Assembly: GCA_044229845.1 (NCBI GenBank)
Contig: JBGASG010000003.1
Span: forward strand, 32,001-96,000
Source of the DNA: Candidatus Obscuribacteraceae bacterium
GTDB taxonomy: Bacteria > Cyanobacteriota > Vampirovibrionia > Obscuribacterales > Obscuribacteraceae
Length of the DNA stretch: 64,000 bases
Reading direction: 5' to 3'
Part shown: one piece after another, positions 28,928 through 39,184 of the stretch
Layout of the letters: each line of letters opens with the position of its first letter
Position numbering within the stretch: position 1 is the stretch's first letter
Notes under the pieces: generated by a model
Seen by the model: the letters and a program-made list of their open reading frames with translations, nothing else
Told to the model about the DNA's origin: nothing
Databases searched by the model: none
Translations under genes and position numbers: made by a program

Positions 28928-31819
28928 ATGGCAATGCTTGAGGAATACGGGCGAAAACGAGATTTCAACATCACGCCCGAGCCTCGCGGGCAGGTTAACC
29001 ACGCATCCAGCAAGCCGCTCACGTTCGTTGTACAGAAACATGATGCGCGCCGCCTGCACTACGATTTCCGGCTGGAGATAGACGGAGTATTGGTATCGTG
29101 GGCGGTGCCGAAGGGCCCGTCCTACGATCCCAAAGAAAAGCGTCTTGCTGTTCAGACGGAAGATCATCCGATTGACTATGCGCACTTCGAAGGAATCATC
29201 CCTGAACGTCAGTACGGCGCCGGACCTGTGATCGTCTGGGATCACGGCACGTTCTCACCGGACGAGGGCGGCAAACTTTCGTGGGAAGATCGGGATCACG
29301 CGCAACAACGCATGCGCGAAGGCTTGAAGAAAGGGAAGCTAAGCTTCTTTTTGCGCGGCGAGAAACTGCAAGGCTCCTGGACGTTGGTGCGACTGGGAGG
29401 AAAAAACAGCACCAAAAAAGAATGGCTTTTGATTAAGCATCAGGACGAATTTGCCGACTCCGCACTGGACATCGTCGAACAGAACGATCGCAGCGTCGTC
29501 ACCGGACGCACTGTCGAGGAAGTGGAGGCAGCCAAAGAAGCCAAGAACCCCGTTGTGCAACCGGATAAGATCGCCGGCGCCCGCAAGGAAAGCCGATTCC
29601 CAAAAGATTATTCGCCGCAGCTGGCGACCTTAATTGACGAACCATTCAACGAATCTGAATGGATCTTCGAACCTAAGATGGACGGCATCCGCGCCATAGT
29701 CATGATCCACAAAGGAAAGGTTCAGCTTTTTTCAAGACGGGGACTCGAACTCACCGGTGCCTATCCGGAACTGGTGGCAGAGCTTCGGGCGCATGTCGAC
29801 ACCGATTTGATTTTGGACGGCGAGGTCGTCGCCCTGGATGAACAGGGGCGCCCGTCGTTCCAGTTGCTTCAGCAGCGCAGCGGACTATCTCGCACCGATG
29901 ACGTGAAAAAGGCTGGAGCCGGCAATCCGGCGCATCTGTACATTTTCGACATCATGCGCGTCGGCAACATCAACGTCGAAGGCGCGATTCTCCGCGATCG
30001 CAAGGCCCTTCTACGTCAGATAATCAAGCCCAGTCCGCACGTAAAATTGATGGAATATTTTGCCGAGGACGGCATCACCGCACATCAGGCCTTTGTCGAA
30101 TTTGGTCTGGAAGGCACCATGGCCAAACGCGTAGACAGTATCTATGCGAAGGGAAAACGAACCAGGACGTGGTTGAAAATTAAAGCAACACAGAGTGCCG
30201 AGTTTCTGATCCTCGGATACACAAAAGGAACCGGAACTCGTGGCGACACTTTTGGTGCTCTGCTGGTGGGCTATCACGATGAACAGGGACAAATCAAGTT
30301 CGCGGGCAGTGTGGGTACCGGATTCAACGATAAGCTTCTGCGTCAATTACTAACTTCGATGAAACCGCTGCAGGTTGACAAGGCTCCCTACAAAGGCAAG
30401 CGCCCGCCTGCGTCGAAACAGGCTATTTGGCTGAAACCAAATTTGGTGGCAGAGATAAAATTCGCAGAATGGACTCGCGACGGCATGCTGCGCTCGCCTG
30501 TGTTCATGAGATTGCGTGACGACATCAATCCGAGAGATGTGCAACGGACCCGAGCGGTAGAAACCGAGGAAGCGGTGGAAGCAGCAAACAGTTCCGGGTC
30601 GCATCCGCGTGTGGTACCCTCAGAGCCGAAGCCAATCAAGGCTGAGTCCCGGAGCCGCACTAGAAAAAAGCATCACATGAACCAGGACGTAATCGATCAA
30701 TTAACTGACTCGAAGTCTGAAAAACTGATCGTCGAGGTCGACGGCCACAGCATTTCGTTCTCGAGCTTGAATAAGGTATTTTGGCCAGAGACTGAAAATT
30801 CGCCCGCAATAACCAAACGCGACTACGCGATTTATCTGACAAAGGTCGCGCCTTATCTCCTCACGCACACAACTGATCGCCCTTTGACACTGCTCCGTTA
30901 CCCTAACGGCATTGCCGGCGGCAAGTTCTATCAAAAGCACATAGAACACGGCTTGCCGGACTTCGTGAATCCGGTCATGCTGTGGTCCGAACAATATCAA
31001 CTCGATCACGAATACATAACCATAAACAACCTGCCGACACTTCTGTGGCTTGCGCAAATGGCAGATTTGGAATTGCACACCTGGATGTCGCGCATCAATC
31101 CACATCCAGATGGCGAGAACCTTTCTCAAACATTCACTGGTTCTGAAGATCAACTCGAGTCATCGCTTCTCAATTATCCCGATTACCTGATTCTCGACCT
31201 GGATCCTTATATCTACAGCGGCAAAGAGAATAAAGGCGACGAACCCGAATTAAACCTCGATGCATTTAAGAAGTGCTGCGAGGTAGCCTTATGGCTCAAA
31301 GAAATTCTCGACCAGCTAAATATCAAGTCATTCGTCAAAACAACGGGCAAGACCGGATTGCACATCTACATTCCGATCGTTCGCCATTTCGATTTTGACC
31401 AGGTTAGAACCATCGCCGAGGTCATAGGCAAAGCGCTGCAACAGCACCATTCGGATGACGTGACAATGCAGTGGCAAGTTAAGAACCGAACCGGAAAAAT
31501 TTTCTACGACCATAACATGAACAGCCGCGGCAAAACCCTGGCCAGCATCTACTCAGCTCGGGTAGCTCCTGGTGCTCCAGTGTCAGTACCTGTTCAATGG
31601 ACTGAGATCGAAAACGGAAAGGTTTATCCTACTGACTACAAGATGCACACCGTTCCGGAATTCTTAGCAGGGCGCGGCGACCTGTGGGAAGACATCCTGG
31701 ACCACAAGAATGACCTTGAGGCTTTGATGGGTATCAAGCCCCGAGACACCGGCGAAAAACCTCCTCGCGTCAAGAGGACGACGCCCCGCTGGTCCAAGAA
31801 GAAAAAACCTAGCCCATGA
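28928..31819 (+). CDS. ligD: NHEJ DNA ligase D (phosphoesterase-ligase-polymerase order)
   Basis: PE: QKHDARRLHYDFRLE. LIG: FEPKMDG, DGE, EG. POL: RYPNG, FYQK, DLDP, KTTGKTGLH. Confidence 0.96.
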   Translation: MAMLEEYGRKRDFNITPEPRGQVNHASSKPLTFVVQKHDARRLHYDFRLEIDGVLVSWAVPKGPSYDPKEKRLAVQTEDHPIDYAHFEGIIPERQYGAGPVIVWDHGTFSPDEGGKLSWEDRDHAQQRMREGLKKGKLSFFLRGEKLQGSWTLVRLGGKNSTKKEWLLIKHQDEFADSALDIVEQNDRSVVTGRTVEEVEAAKEAKNPVVQPDKIAGARKESRFPKDYSPQLATLIDEPFNESEWIFEPKMDGIRAIVMIHKGKVQLFSRRGLELTGAYPELVAELRAHVDTDLILDGEVVALDEQGRPSFQLLQQRSGLSRTDDVKKAGAGNPAHLYIFDIMRVGNINVEGAILRDRKALLRQIIKPSPHVKLMEYFAEDGITAHQAFVEFGLEGTMAKRVDSIYAKGKRTRTWLKIKATQSAEFLILGYTKGTGTRGDTFGALLVGYHDEQGQIKFAGSVGTGFNDKLLRQLLTSMKPLQVDKAPYKGKRPPASKQAIWLKPNLVAEIKFAEWTRDGMLRSPVFMRLRDDINPRDVQRTRAVETEEAVEAANSSGSHPRVVPSEPKPIKAESRSRTRKKHHMNQDVIDQLTDSKSEKLIVEVDGHSISFSSLNKVFWPETENSPAITKRDYAIYLTKVAPYLLTHTTDRPLTLLRYPNGIAGGKFYQKHIEHGLPDFVNPVMLWSEQYQLDHEYITINNLPTLLWLAQMADLELHTWMSRINPHPDGENLSQTFTGSEDQLESSLLNYPDYLILDLDPYIYSGKENKGDEPELNLDAFKKCCEVALWLKEILDQLNIKSFVKTTGKTGLHIYIPIVRHFDFDQVRTIAEVIGKALQQHHSDDVTMQWQVKNRTGKIFYDHNMNSRGKTLASIYSARVAPGAPVSVPVQWTEIENGKVYPTDYKMHTVPEFLAGRGDLWEDILDHKNDLEALMGIKPRDTGEKPPRVKRTTPRWSKKKKPSP

Positions 31820-31826
31820 GCCGGGA

Positions 31827-31880
31827 CTGGAGTGATATCACTTCAGGTTGATGGGCAGGGCTGGAGTGATATCACTTCAG
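31827..31880. repeat. Dispersed palindrome locus, 2 copies at 34-bp period
   Basis: CTGGAGTGATATCACTTCAG at 31827 and 31861, each followed by GTTG. Confidence 0.95.
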
Positions 31881-31994
31881 GTTGCTATAGTCCCTGAAAC
31901 TAGTAGCTCCAGGTCACCTTCGGACCCTGGAGCCATAAACTTATAAGCTGTTTGCTTCGAAGGTGATGACGGGACAGATTGAAATCGGTTCCCG

Positions 31995-32027
31995 AAAAAA
32001 AACACCCTCGTCGAAAAGAGGGTGTTT
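31995..32027 (-). terminator. Intrinsic terminator
   Basis: AAACACCCTC/GAGGGTGTTT stem with a T run on the minus strand. Confidence 0.75.
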
Positions 32028-32057
32028 CACAGGTCTTCGAGTTCCGCGTTCGATCGA

Positions 32058-32621
32058 TTAGTGGCGCGTTACCGGGTTGGCAGCCACGGTGGCTGGATCG
32101 GCTTTGCCCGTGCCCAACGGATCGCCGTGGTAGAAGCGATCGAGCTTGACTTCAGCTTTGCCGGCAACAAATAGCCAGGCAAATATCGCCAGGATGTTGA
32201 AGCCGAGCAACAGGGCGAGTGCACCACGGTTCACGTTGGAGACGTCTCGCAGTTCTCCAACACGCGTGTCCTCGGGTATACCGGGCGGCAGGATTATGCT
32301 GTCAGGAGTCTGCCCCAGCGGCTTGCCGTAGGTTCCGACCTTACCCGCCTGTGAGTCAGCGGAATATGGTGTCTGAGAGATATCAGGAACCTGAGGGCTA
32401 TTCAGTCCGACTTTAGACTGATTGCTGAGCTCCTGATTGAGCTGTGGATGCTTCGGATTAACCTGACTGGGTGGCACCAATTGGTGTCCCTTCCAATCCA
32501 TGTCGACACCTTGCGCTTGGGCGCCACCGGACGGGGATAGAACACAAATTGCCAGTGTCGCTGCCAGCGTTAAAACCAAGCGCACTTCCTTCTGTTTGAG
32601 CATATGCAGGTCTCCACTCAT
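32058..32621 (-). CDS. Hypothetical exported protein with C-terminal membrane anchor
   Basis: Signal-like N-terminus (AQA) and helix ALALLLGFNILAIFAWLFV. Confidence 0.7.
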   Translation of the reverse strand: MSGDLHMLKQKEVRLVLTLAATLAICVLSPSGGAQAQGVDMDWKGHQLVPPSQVNPKHPQLNQELSNQSKVGLNSPQVPDISQTPYSADSQAGKVGTYGKPLGQTPDSIILPPGIPEDTRVGELRDVSNVNRGALALLLGFNILAIFAWLFVAGKAEVKLDRFYHGDPLGTGKADPATVAANPVTRH

Positions 32622-32649
32622 TTCGGATCTTGATTATCTTTGTGGAGAC

Positions 32650-32674
32650 GACGCCAGAGCGCCACTTTGGTTCC
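32650..32674 (-). promoter_or_regulatory. ECF-sigma-type promoter GGAAC-N16-CGTC
   Basis: Minus strand GGAACcaaagtggcgctctggCGTC. Confidence 0.65.
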
Positions 32675-32686
32675 GACACAGCCGTG

Positions 32687-33880
32687 TCAGCTACCGGCCT
32701 GACGCAGCGCAGAAGAGCGCGGCGAGGGCATCTCAGGAACCATTCCTAACATCTCATCGCCGGCACCGGAAAGTGCAAAGGCTCTTTCTCTCACTTGCGA
32801 TGCCTCTTTCTGGAGCCTTTCCGCGGACAGATTGTGCTGTTTCTCAATCGTTACTTCGTCGCGTACTCGGGCACCGCGTTCAACCAGGCAGCCATTCCCG
32901 ATTATGGAATCGCGAATGGTGGCATTCGGTCGGACGATGTTATTTGACCAGATGATACTGTCGGTGATCTCTGCGTTCCGCTCGATTACGCAGTTATCGC
33001 CGATGACTACGTGCCCTCTGATGCGTACGCCTTCTCCAATGTGCGTGTTGTAGCCGACGAGCAGTTTCCCCCGCACATCGAGATCGGAAGGCAAATCAGA
33101 TCCACCGCAGACCCAGCCAAAGTCTTGCTGCTGACACGGTACGTCAAGATCGATCAAGCCGTTCAGAGCATCGAACGTCGTTTTCAGATACTGCTGCGGA
33201 GTGCCGACATCCGACCAGTAGCCCCAGGTCTCTACACCGAGGATCGGCATGTTCTTTTGCAACATAGCTGGAAAGACCATGCGTCCAAACATGCACATCC
33301 CCTCGGCAGGCATAACGTCGAAAATTTCTGGTTCGCAAACGTAGACGCCGGTCGAGGCAAGATTGGAAATCGCCTTACTTGGATCCGGCTTTTCCTGGAA
33401 CCCAGTGATGAAGCCATTTTCATCCATCACCGCGACGCCAAATTGGCTGACGTCCTCAACCTTTTTGAGAGCAATGGTTGCAACAGCGTTTTTCTCCTGG
33501 TGCTGTCTGATCACGTATGACAAGTCTAGATCTGTAATCAGATCGCCCATGATCACAACGAAAGTGCTGGTGCCGAAAAAGTCCCGGCATGCGCGCACCC
33601 CTCCGGCGTCGCCGGTCAGCTCCTCTTCGTTGATGTACTGCATGCGCACACCCAATCGCGACCCAGCGCCGAAATAATGAGGCACCTGGTCCGGTAAATA
33701 GTGCAAGTTGCACATGATGTCGGTGATGCCATGCTTACGCAGAAGGTTGATGATGTGCTCCATTACGGGACGATTCATGAGCGGCACCATGGGCTTGGAC
33801 AATTGCTGCGTCAAAGGATCCAAACGAGATCCCACACCTGCAGCCAGCACCATGGCTTTCACTCCACCATTGGAAACCAT
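32687..33880 (-). CDS. NDP-sugar pyrophosphorylase (mannose-1-phosphate guanylyltransferase-like) with hexapeptide repeats
   Basis: KAMVLAAGVGSRLDPLT, KPMVP, FQEKP, YWSDVG and left-handed beta-helix repeats. Confidence 0.9.
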   Translation of the reverse strand: MVSNGGVKAMVLAAGVGSRLDPLTQQLSKPMVPLMNRPVMEHIINLLRKHGITDIMCNLHYLPDQVPHYFGAGSRLGVRMQYINEEELTGDAGGVRACRDFFGTSTFVVIMGDLITDLDLSYVIRQHQEKNAVATIALKKVEDVSQFGVAVMDENGFITGFQEKPDPSKAISNLASTGVYVCEPEIFDVMPAEGMCMFGRMVFPAMLQKNMPILGVETWGYWSDVGTPQQYLKTTFDALNGLIDLDVPCQQQDFGWVCGGSDLPSDLDVRGKLLVGYNTHIGEGVRIRGHVVIGDNCVIERNAEITDSIIWSNNIVRPNATIRDSIIGNGCLVERGARVRDEVTIEKQHNLSAERLQKEASQVRERAFALSGAGDEMLGMVPEMPSPRSSALRQAGS

Positions 33881-33932
33881 ATGAGTTCTCTCCTGCTATT
33901 CGGAAGGTCATCCACGAGATTGTGTGGACTGT

Positions 33933-33958
33933 GATGCTGCAAGCACAGCTTCTGTTCC
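33933..33958 (-). promoter_or_regulatory. ECF-sigma-type promoter variant GGAAC-N17-CATC
   Basis: Minus strand GGAACagaagctgtgcttgcagCATC upstream of 33880. Confidence 0.5.
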
Positions 33959-34083
33959 CGTCGAGTCCAACGTCGGCAAGGTGACCGACACCAGCGCCGA
34001 TCGAGCGATCAGACCAGCAAGTTACGCATGAGATTTGGCTGCGCACACCATATGGCTACGCCCATGCCTGCGACTATCTTCGA

Positions 34084-36330
34084 CTACATCGTATCTGCGG
34101 CTGCCGGAAGTTGTTCGTGTTCAGCACGCCAGCGAGACGGTACCATCGTATCCAGAGGTTCGATTTCCTGACCGATACCATCGGGAGCGGTTTGCGGGGA
34201 GAGCTGTTGCCGTGCGAACGGCGGTGCCGTCGGCGGAACAGTTTCTACCGAGCCAGGAACAGTTTGTTCTACTTCGCCGCTGTCGGCACCACCACGAGCT
34301 GCTATCCGACGCGCCGCAGACGGCGTTTCCTGCGTGAGCGTCTGGTTGCGCTGTGCTGGAGCAGATTTAGCATCCTTCTCCTCCCGAGTGTTGCCTTTGT
34401 CACCCACGAATGTCAGGAAACTCTGCGGCTTCTCGCCCTTCTTCGGCAAATTGAACGCGATCGGCGCAATCGTGTGCGCTGCATAGTAGCGGCTTGCATA
34501 GTCTTTCCAAATCCTGGCCATGACGACACCGCCGGTGACATTTCTTCCCTGAATCTTGTCGTTCTCGTCGTTTCCTCCCCAGACTGCTGTGCACATATCG
34601 GGAGTGTAGCCGACAAACCAGATGTCTTTGGAGTCGTCCGCGGTGCCTGTCTTACCAGCTACCTGCCGTCCCTTCAGACGAGCGAACATGCCGGTTCCGC
34701 GGTCGACCGCGGTCATCATCACATCGACTAGGCGACCGACAACGACACGATCGAAAACGCGGTGCGACTCCGGTTTGGCTTCGCTGAGAACCTGCCCCTT
34801 CCCATCTTCAACACGCCTGATCACGGTGGGTTTCATGTACACACCCTGTCGAGCAAAGGTCGAATAGGCGGTCGCCATTTCCATCGGTGAAACCGCCGAG
34901 GCACCGAGTGCCAGCGACAGATACGGATCGAGTTTGGCACTCTTGATCCCCGCCTTACGGGCGACCGAAACAACATTATCGGGTCCGACCAGCTGCATCA
35001 ACCGGATCGAGCACAAGTTACGCGACTTGGCCAGCGCTTCGCGGACGGTGATTTTGCCAAGATACTTGTTGTCGAAATTTTTCGGAGAATATGGTGGCTC
35101 GGACTCACCCATGTCGACGGTGAGCGGATCGTCCTTAATGATTGTTTCGGGCATTACACCTTGCATGAATGCAGCCAGATAGACAAACGGTTTAAAACTG
35201 GAGCCAGCAGTGTGAGGGCTGACGGCTCGGTTCCACTGGTGTTTGTAATAGTCTCCGACGCCGCCGACCATCGCTATCACGCCGCCGTCTTTGACATTGA
35301 TCGAAACTAGAGCAGCTTGCGATACACCCGCCGGAGCCGTCTTGACACCATCGTTGAGCGCCTTCTCGGCGGCCAACTGGGCCTTTGGATCGAGATTGGT
35401 GTACACCTTGATACCATCGTCCAACACGTCTTTTCGATAGTCCTGCTGCAGTTGCTGAACCACATAACTGACATAGTGTGGGTATCTTTCATAAGGATCG
35501 ATGAACTTGCGGAACGCCAGCTTGTCGTTCTTAGCCTGGTCGGTTTCAGTCTTTTTGGCAAGTCCATATTCAGCCATCTTGTCGAGAACAATTTGCTGGC
35601 GATTCACCGCATCTTCCAGGTTTTTCTGGGTTGCCATTGCTGACGGTGCGCGCACCAGACCAGCCAGGTAAGCTGATTCAGCCATGGTCAATTGCGAGGC
35701 GGGCTTGCCGAAGAAACGGCGTGCCGCCGACTCGATGCCGTATGCCTGGCGTCCGAAGTAGACCTGATTCAGGTACATCTCGAGAATCTGATCTTTGCTG
35801 TAGCGACGCTCGAGACTGAGAGCAAGAACAAGTTCCTTGATCTTGCGATCGAATGTCCGCGCTTGATTCTGGAAAAAGAGATTTTTTGCCAGCTGCTGAG
35901 TTATTGTCGAGCCGCCTTCGACGACGTGTCCAGCCGACAGGTTGACCAGCGCGGCGCGTCCGATGCTGACCAGATTGACGCCATCGTGCTTGTAGAACAG
36001 GTGATCCTCGGAAGCCAGCATGGCATGCTGCATGTGCTTCGAGATTTGCGAAAGGGGCACCGCTATTCGGTCCTGTCCAAGCGGCACCACGGCCGCCAGT
36101 TTGTCGAACCGGTCGTATACGAGCACGGATTGTGCAGGCTTGTAGCTCTGCAGCTGATCTATTTGAGGCATAGCCGTCGCAAAGAGGTAACTGATTTGGA
36201 GCACAACGCAGGCAGCTGCCCCGGCCGCCAGGATAAATGCCAACTTCGAGGCTCGATTGCGATTCACCACCTGCCAGAAACGGTTGGACGGCATGTCCCC
36301 CATGTCTCTAAATCTGCGCTTAAACTGCAT
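34084..36330 (-). CDS. Class A penicillin-binding protein (transglycosylase/transpeptidase); start uncertain
   Basis: EDHLFYKHDG, GGSTITQQLAKN, RKIKE, SSFK, SRN and KTGT. Confidence 0.93.
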   Translation of the reverse strand: MQFKRRFRDMGDMPSNRFWQVVNRNRASKLAFILAAGAAACVVLQISYLFATAMPQIDQLQSYKPAQSVLVYDRFDKLAAVVPLGQDRIAVPLSQISKHMQHAMLASEDHLFYKHDGVNLVSIGRAALVNLSAGHVVEGGSTITQQLAKNLFFQNQARTFDRKIKELVLALSLERRYSKDQILEMYLNQVYFGRQAYGIESAARRFFGKPASQLTMAESAYLAGLVRAPSAMATQKNLEDAVNRQQIVLDKMAEYGLAKKTETDQAKNDKLAFRKFIDPYERYPHYVSYVVQQLQQDYRKDVLDDGIKVYTNLDPKAQLAAEKALNDGVKTAPAGVSQAALVSINVKDGGVIAMVGGVGDYYKHQWNRAVSPHTAGSSFKPFVYLAAFMQGVMPETIIKDDPLTVDMGESEPPYSPKNFDNKYLGKITVREALAKSRNLCSIRLMQLVGPDNVVSVARKAGIKSAKLDPYLSLALGASAVSPMEMATAYSTFARQGVYMKPTVIRRVEDGKGQVLSEAKPESHRVFDRVVVGRLVDVMMTAVDRGTGMFARLKGRQVAGKTGTADDSKDIWFVGYTPDMCTAVWGGNDENDKIQGRNVTGGVVMARIWKDYASRYYAAHTIAPIAFNLPKKGEKPQSFLTFVGDKGNTREEKDAKSAPAQRNQTLTQETPSAARRIAARGGADSGEVEQTVPGSVETVPPTAPPFARQQLSPQTAPDGIGQEIEPLDTMVPSRWRAEHEQLPAAADTM

Positions 36331-36452
36331 GTGACTGGAATTCCTGGCTTTTGGGGTCCCACCGCCCGCGTGCCGGTGGACCCCAATTTTGTCGTGCTCA
36401 ACCGCCCAAATGTTCCAAATAGGTCGTTCAGGCGCTACAATCACGCGAACAC

Positions 36453-37520
36453 ATGGTTTCCAGAAGAGAGTTTCTGCGTTTGCTGGGTGGCACCGTCCTT
36501 GGTGCCGGCTCCTTGTCCGCGTGCAACGAAGAAAAGATCTCCACCGCCAATCTGAACCAGGTCAATATCTACAGCTGGCCGGACTATCTGGATCCCAGTT
36601 CAATTCCGGAGTTTCAGAACCGATTCGGCATCAAAGTGGTGTACGACACGGTTTCTTCAAATGAAGCTTTGCTGGCTAAATTCGCGGCTGGAGCCAGCGA
36701 ATACGACGTGGTTGTGGCCACCAGTTACGGTGTAAAGAAACTGATTGAACTGGGCGTGCTGCAACCGCTTGATAAAGAACGGCTGCCTAATTTCAAAAAC
36801 ATCATGCCGCGCTTTCTGCACACTTCATTCGATCCCGGCTGCAAGTATTCCGCCCCCTACACTTTCGGCACCACCGGCATCGCCTTCAACGTAAATGCCT
36901 TCGCCGGTCGCGCCCTGCCCACCGACTGGGACGTCTTCTGGGACGAACGTCTCAAAGGGCGCATCACGTTGCTCGAAGACGCGCGCGAGACCATCGGAGC
37001 CGCGCTCAAGCACCGCGGATATTCCTTTAATTCGCGCGTCAAAGAAGAAATAGACGACGCCATACGCGATTTGAAACTACAGAAACCGCTCACCATGTGT
37101 TACACGTCGGACCAGGTGATTATCTATTTGGCCAGTGGCGATGCGCTCGTTTCGCTCTCCTACAGCGGCGACGCTAACCAGGCGCGGCGCACCAATCCGG
37201 AGGTGCGCTACGTTATTCCGTCCAGCGGCACATCAGTGTGGCTCGACAATATGTGCATTCCGAAAAATTCACCGCATCCGGAGAACGCCCATAAGTGGAT
37301 CAACTACATGCTGGAAGCCCAAGTAGCTGCGGCGGTGGCCAATTACACTTATTACGCGACTCCGAACGCGGCCGCCCTGCCTTTGATCAAACCAGAGCTG
37401 GCTCACGACAAATGGCTCTATCCGCCCGAAGCAATTCTGGATCGCTGTGAAGAAATTGCGGACATCGGACAATCCATCTTCTATTACGACCGCATGTGGA
37501 CCGAGTTAAAGTGCTACTAG
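36453..37520 (+). CDS. Spermidine/putrescine ABC transporter substrate-binding lipoprotein (PotD/PotF family)
   Basis: Twin-arginine-like SRREFL, lipobox LSAC, YSWPDY, SNE and YSGD. Confidence 0.9.
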   Translation: MVSRREFLRLLGGTVLGAGSLSACNEEKISTANLNQVNIYSWPDYLDPSSIPEFQNRFGIKVVYDTVSSNEALLAKFAAGASEYDVVVATSYGVKKLIELGVLQPLDKERLPNFKNIMPRFLHTSFDPGCKYSAPYTFGTTGIAFNVNAFAGRALPTDWDVFWDERLKGRITLLEDARETIGAALKHRGYSFNSRVKEEIDDAIRDLKLQKPLTMCYTSDQVIIYLASGDALVSLSYSGDANQARRTNPEVRYVIPSSGTSVWLDNMCIPKNSPHPENAHKWINYMLEAQVAAAVANYTYYATPNAAALPLIKPELAHDKWLYPPEAILDRCEEIADIGQSIFYYDRMWTELKCY

Positions 37521-38311
37521 CCCCGCATTTCCATAAGGCTGCCGCTTTCGTACCGCTTCAGTCCGCTGTAGAAAATTAGAATCGCCAACAGCAAAAAGCC
37601 AAGCGCAGACAGGAACGTGATACCGACCTTGGCATATGAGAGCGTGCGCAAAGCCTCGATCGGCAGATAGCTGATGAAGGCAGCCGGAACCACCGTGAAT
37701 AAGAGGAAGCGAATTGGTCCGTCAAACAGTGTCGACGGATAGGTAGCGAACGTAATCAGCGCGAACCGCCATTGCTCAGCTAAGCCCTCGGCGTTGCCGA
37801 GGAAGAAACTGAGGCTGCCGGTGATAATGCTGAACGCCACGAAGAGAAGCGCCACGCTGACTGTCAAAATCAAGAACATGATCAGGTGCGCCAGGTCAGG
37901 ACGCACTAACACCACATAAGCCACCACGCCGAATACCGCGTCCCCCCAGGCGGTGACCACCTGTTTGCCGAGCACGAAGTGACTGAGCAGGCGGCGCGGA
38001 TAAAGCAGCCAGCCATCGAGCTCGCCGCGCGCGATCAGTCCCGGCATGTACCAGGCGTTGCCGCACACGGCATGAGCCAAACCAAAACCGCCCGCGGCAA
38101 TCGCCCAGAGTGTAAACACATCCTGGACGGTCCAGCCGCGCAAGACCGGGAATCGATCGAAAAAGACGGCCCAGAACGCCAGCCAGAAGCAATTGTTGAT
38201 AAACATGGCGACCACCTGCGAAATGAACGCCTGCCTGTACTCCAGGTGAGCGCACAGGTTGAGGCGCACATAAGCGGCCGCCATTTTCAGGAAACTGAGA
38301 AGTGAATTCAT
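37517..38311 (-). CDS. ABC-2 family transporter permease
   Basis: LEYR, GELDGWLLYP, YP..LF and PAAFISYLP; multiple TM helices. Confidence 0.88.
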   Translation of the reverse strand: MNSLLSFLKMAAAYVRLNLCAHLEYRQAFISQVVAMFINNCFWLAFWAVFFDRFPVLRGWTVQDVFTLWAIAAGGFGLAHAVCGNAWYMPGLIARGELDGWLLYPRRLLSHFVLGKQVVTAWGDAVFGVVAYVVLVRPDLAHLIMFLILTVSVALLFVAFSIITGSLSFFLGNAEGLAEQWRFALITFATYPSTLFDGPIRFLLFTVVPAAFISYLPIEALRTLSYAKVGITFLSALGFLLLAILIFYSGLKRYESGSLMEMRG

Positions 38312-38320
38312 TTTCTATAC

Positions 38321-39168
38321 TTATCCACCGTGAGCCTGAACCCGCCGCATCGCTCGCGAGAAAACGAAGGCGACCAGAAGGGAAAAGGCAAGCACTCCAG
38401 AGAACTGCAAAAGCAAAACCCGCAAGAACTCATCTATTGAGGGCGCAATCAGCAAACGTGCCGGTCCGTACACAATGCTGGAAAACGGCAGCGCTCGCAG
38501 GATCGGTTGCACCTGGGGAGGAAACAACTCGATCGGGATCAACATGCCACCAAGGATCATTGTCAGCCTGGAATAAATCAGGGCGATACCGGCCGTGTCT
38601 TCGATCCAGAAGGCGCACAACCCGACCAGGAAGTTGCCCAAGAAGTCGAGGACGAACGCCAGCGGCAAGGCCATAAGCAGCATCAAAAGGCCTGGCAGCG
38701 TGATCGGCTGAACGCCGACGAGCAAGATGCAGAGCACAGCGCCCACAGCCAGATTGAGAGCAAAGCGCACCAGCCGCTCTCCCATGCACACACTCAGTTG
38801 ATAGAGTGGGTATGAGAGGGGACGGATCAACTGCATGGCAACCGCCCCGGTGCGAACATCCTGATCGACGTTGGGAGCAGTGCGCGGCACGGAAAGCATA
38901 ATCGCCTCCGTCACCGCCAGGTACCAGAGCATCTGTTGCAAAGTGATTCCACCCAATCGATCGGCTGCCATTTCCGCATATGTCACCTGCCAGAGCCTGA
39001 GGAAGATGTACATAATCACGGTCAGGAAAACGACACGGCTGGCCGCTTCGCCAAAGTAATAGATGTTGGAACGGGCGGCGGTAGCCGCTCTACCCAGAGA
39101 TACTTGCCGACGTGCTTATATAAGTACTTATATAAGTTGTGTAGGTGCTTGTTGAGGAATGCTTTCAC
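38321..39168 (-). pseudogene. ABC-2 family permease with single-base frameshift near 39090
   Basis: The GTG 39168 frame gives ..KYLWV. The downstream frame gives AATAARSNIYYFGE..VVFLTVIMYIFLRLW, DVRTGAVAMQLIRP and GGMLIPIELFP. Confidence 0.75.
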
Positions 39169-39184
39169 TGTCTCACCCCCTTTT

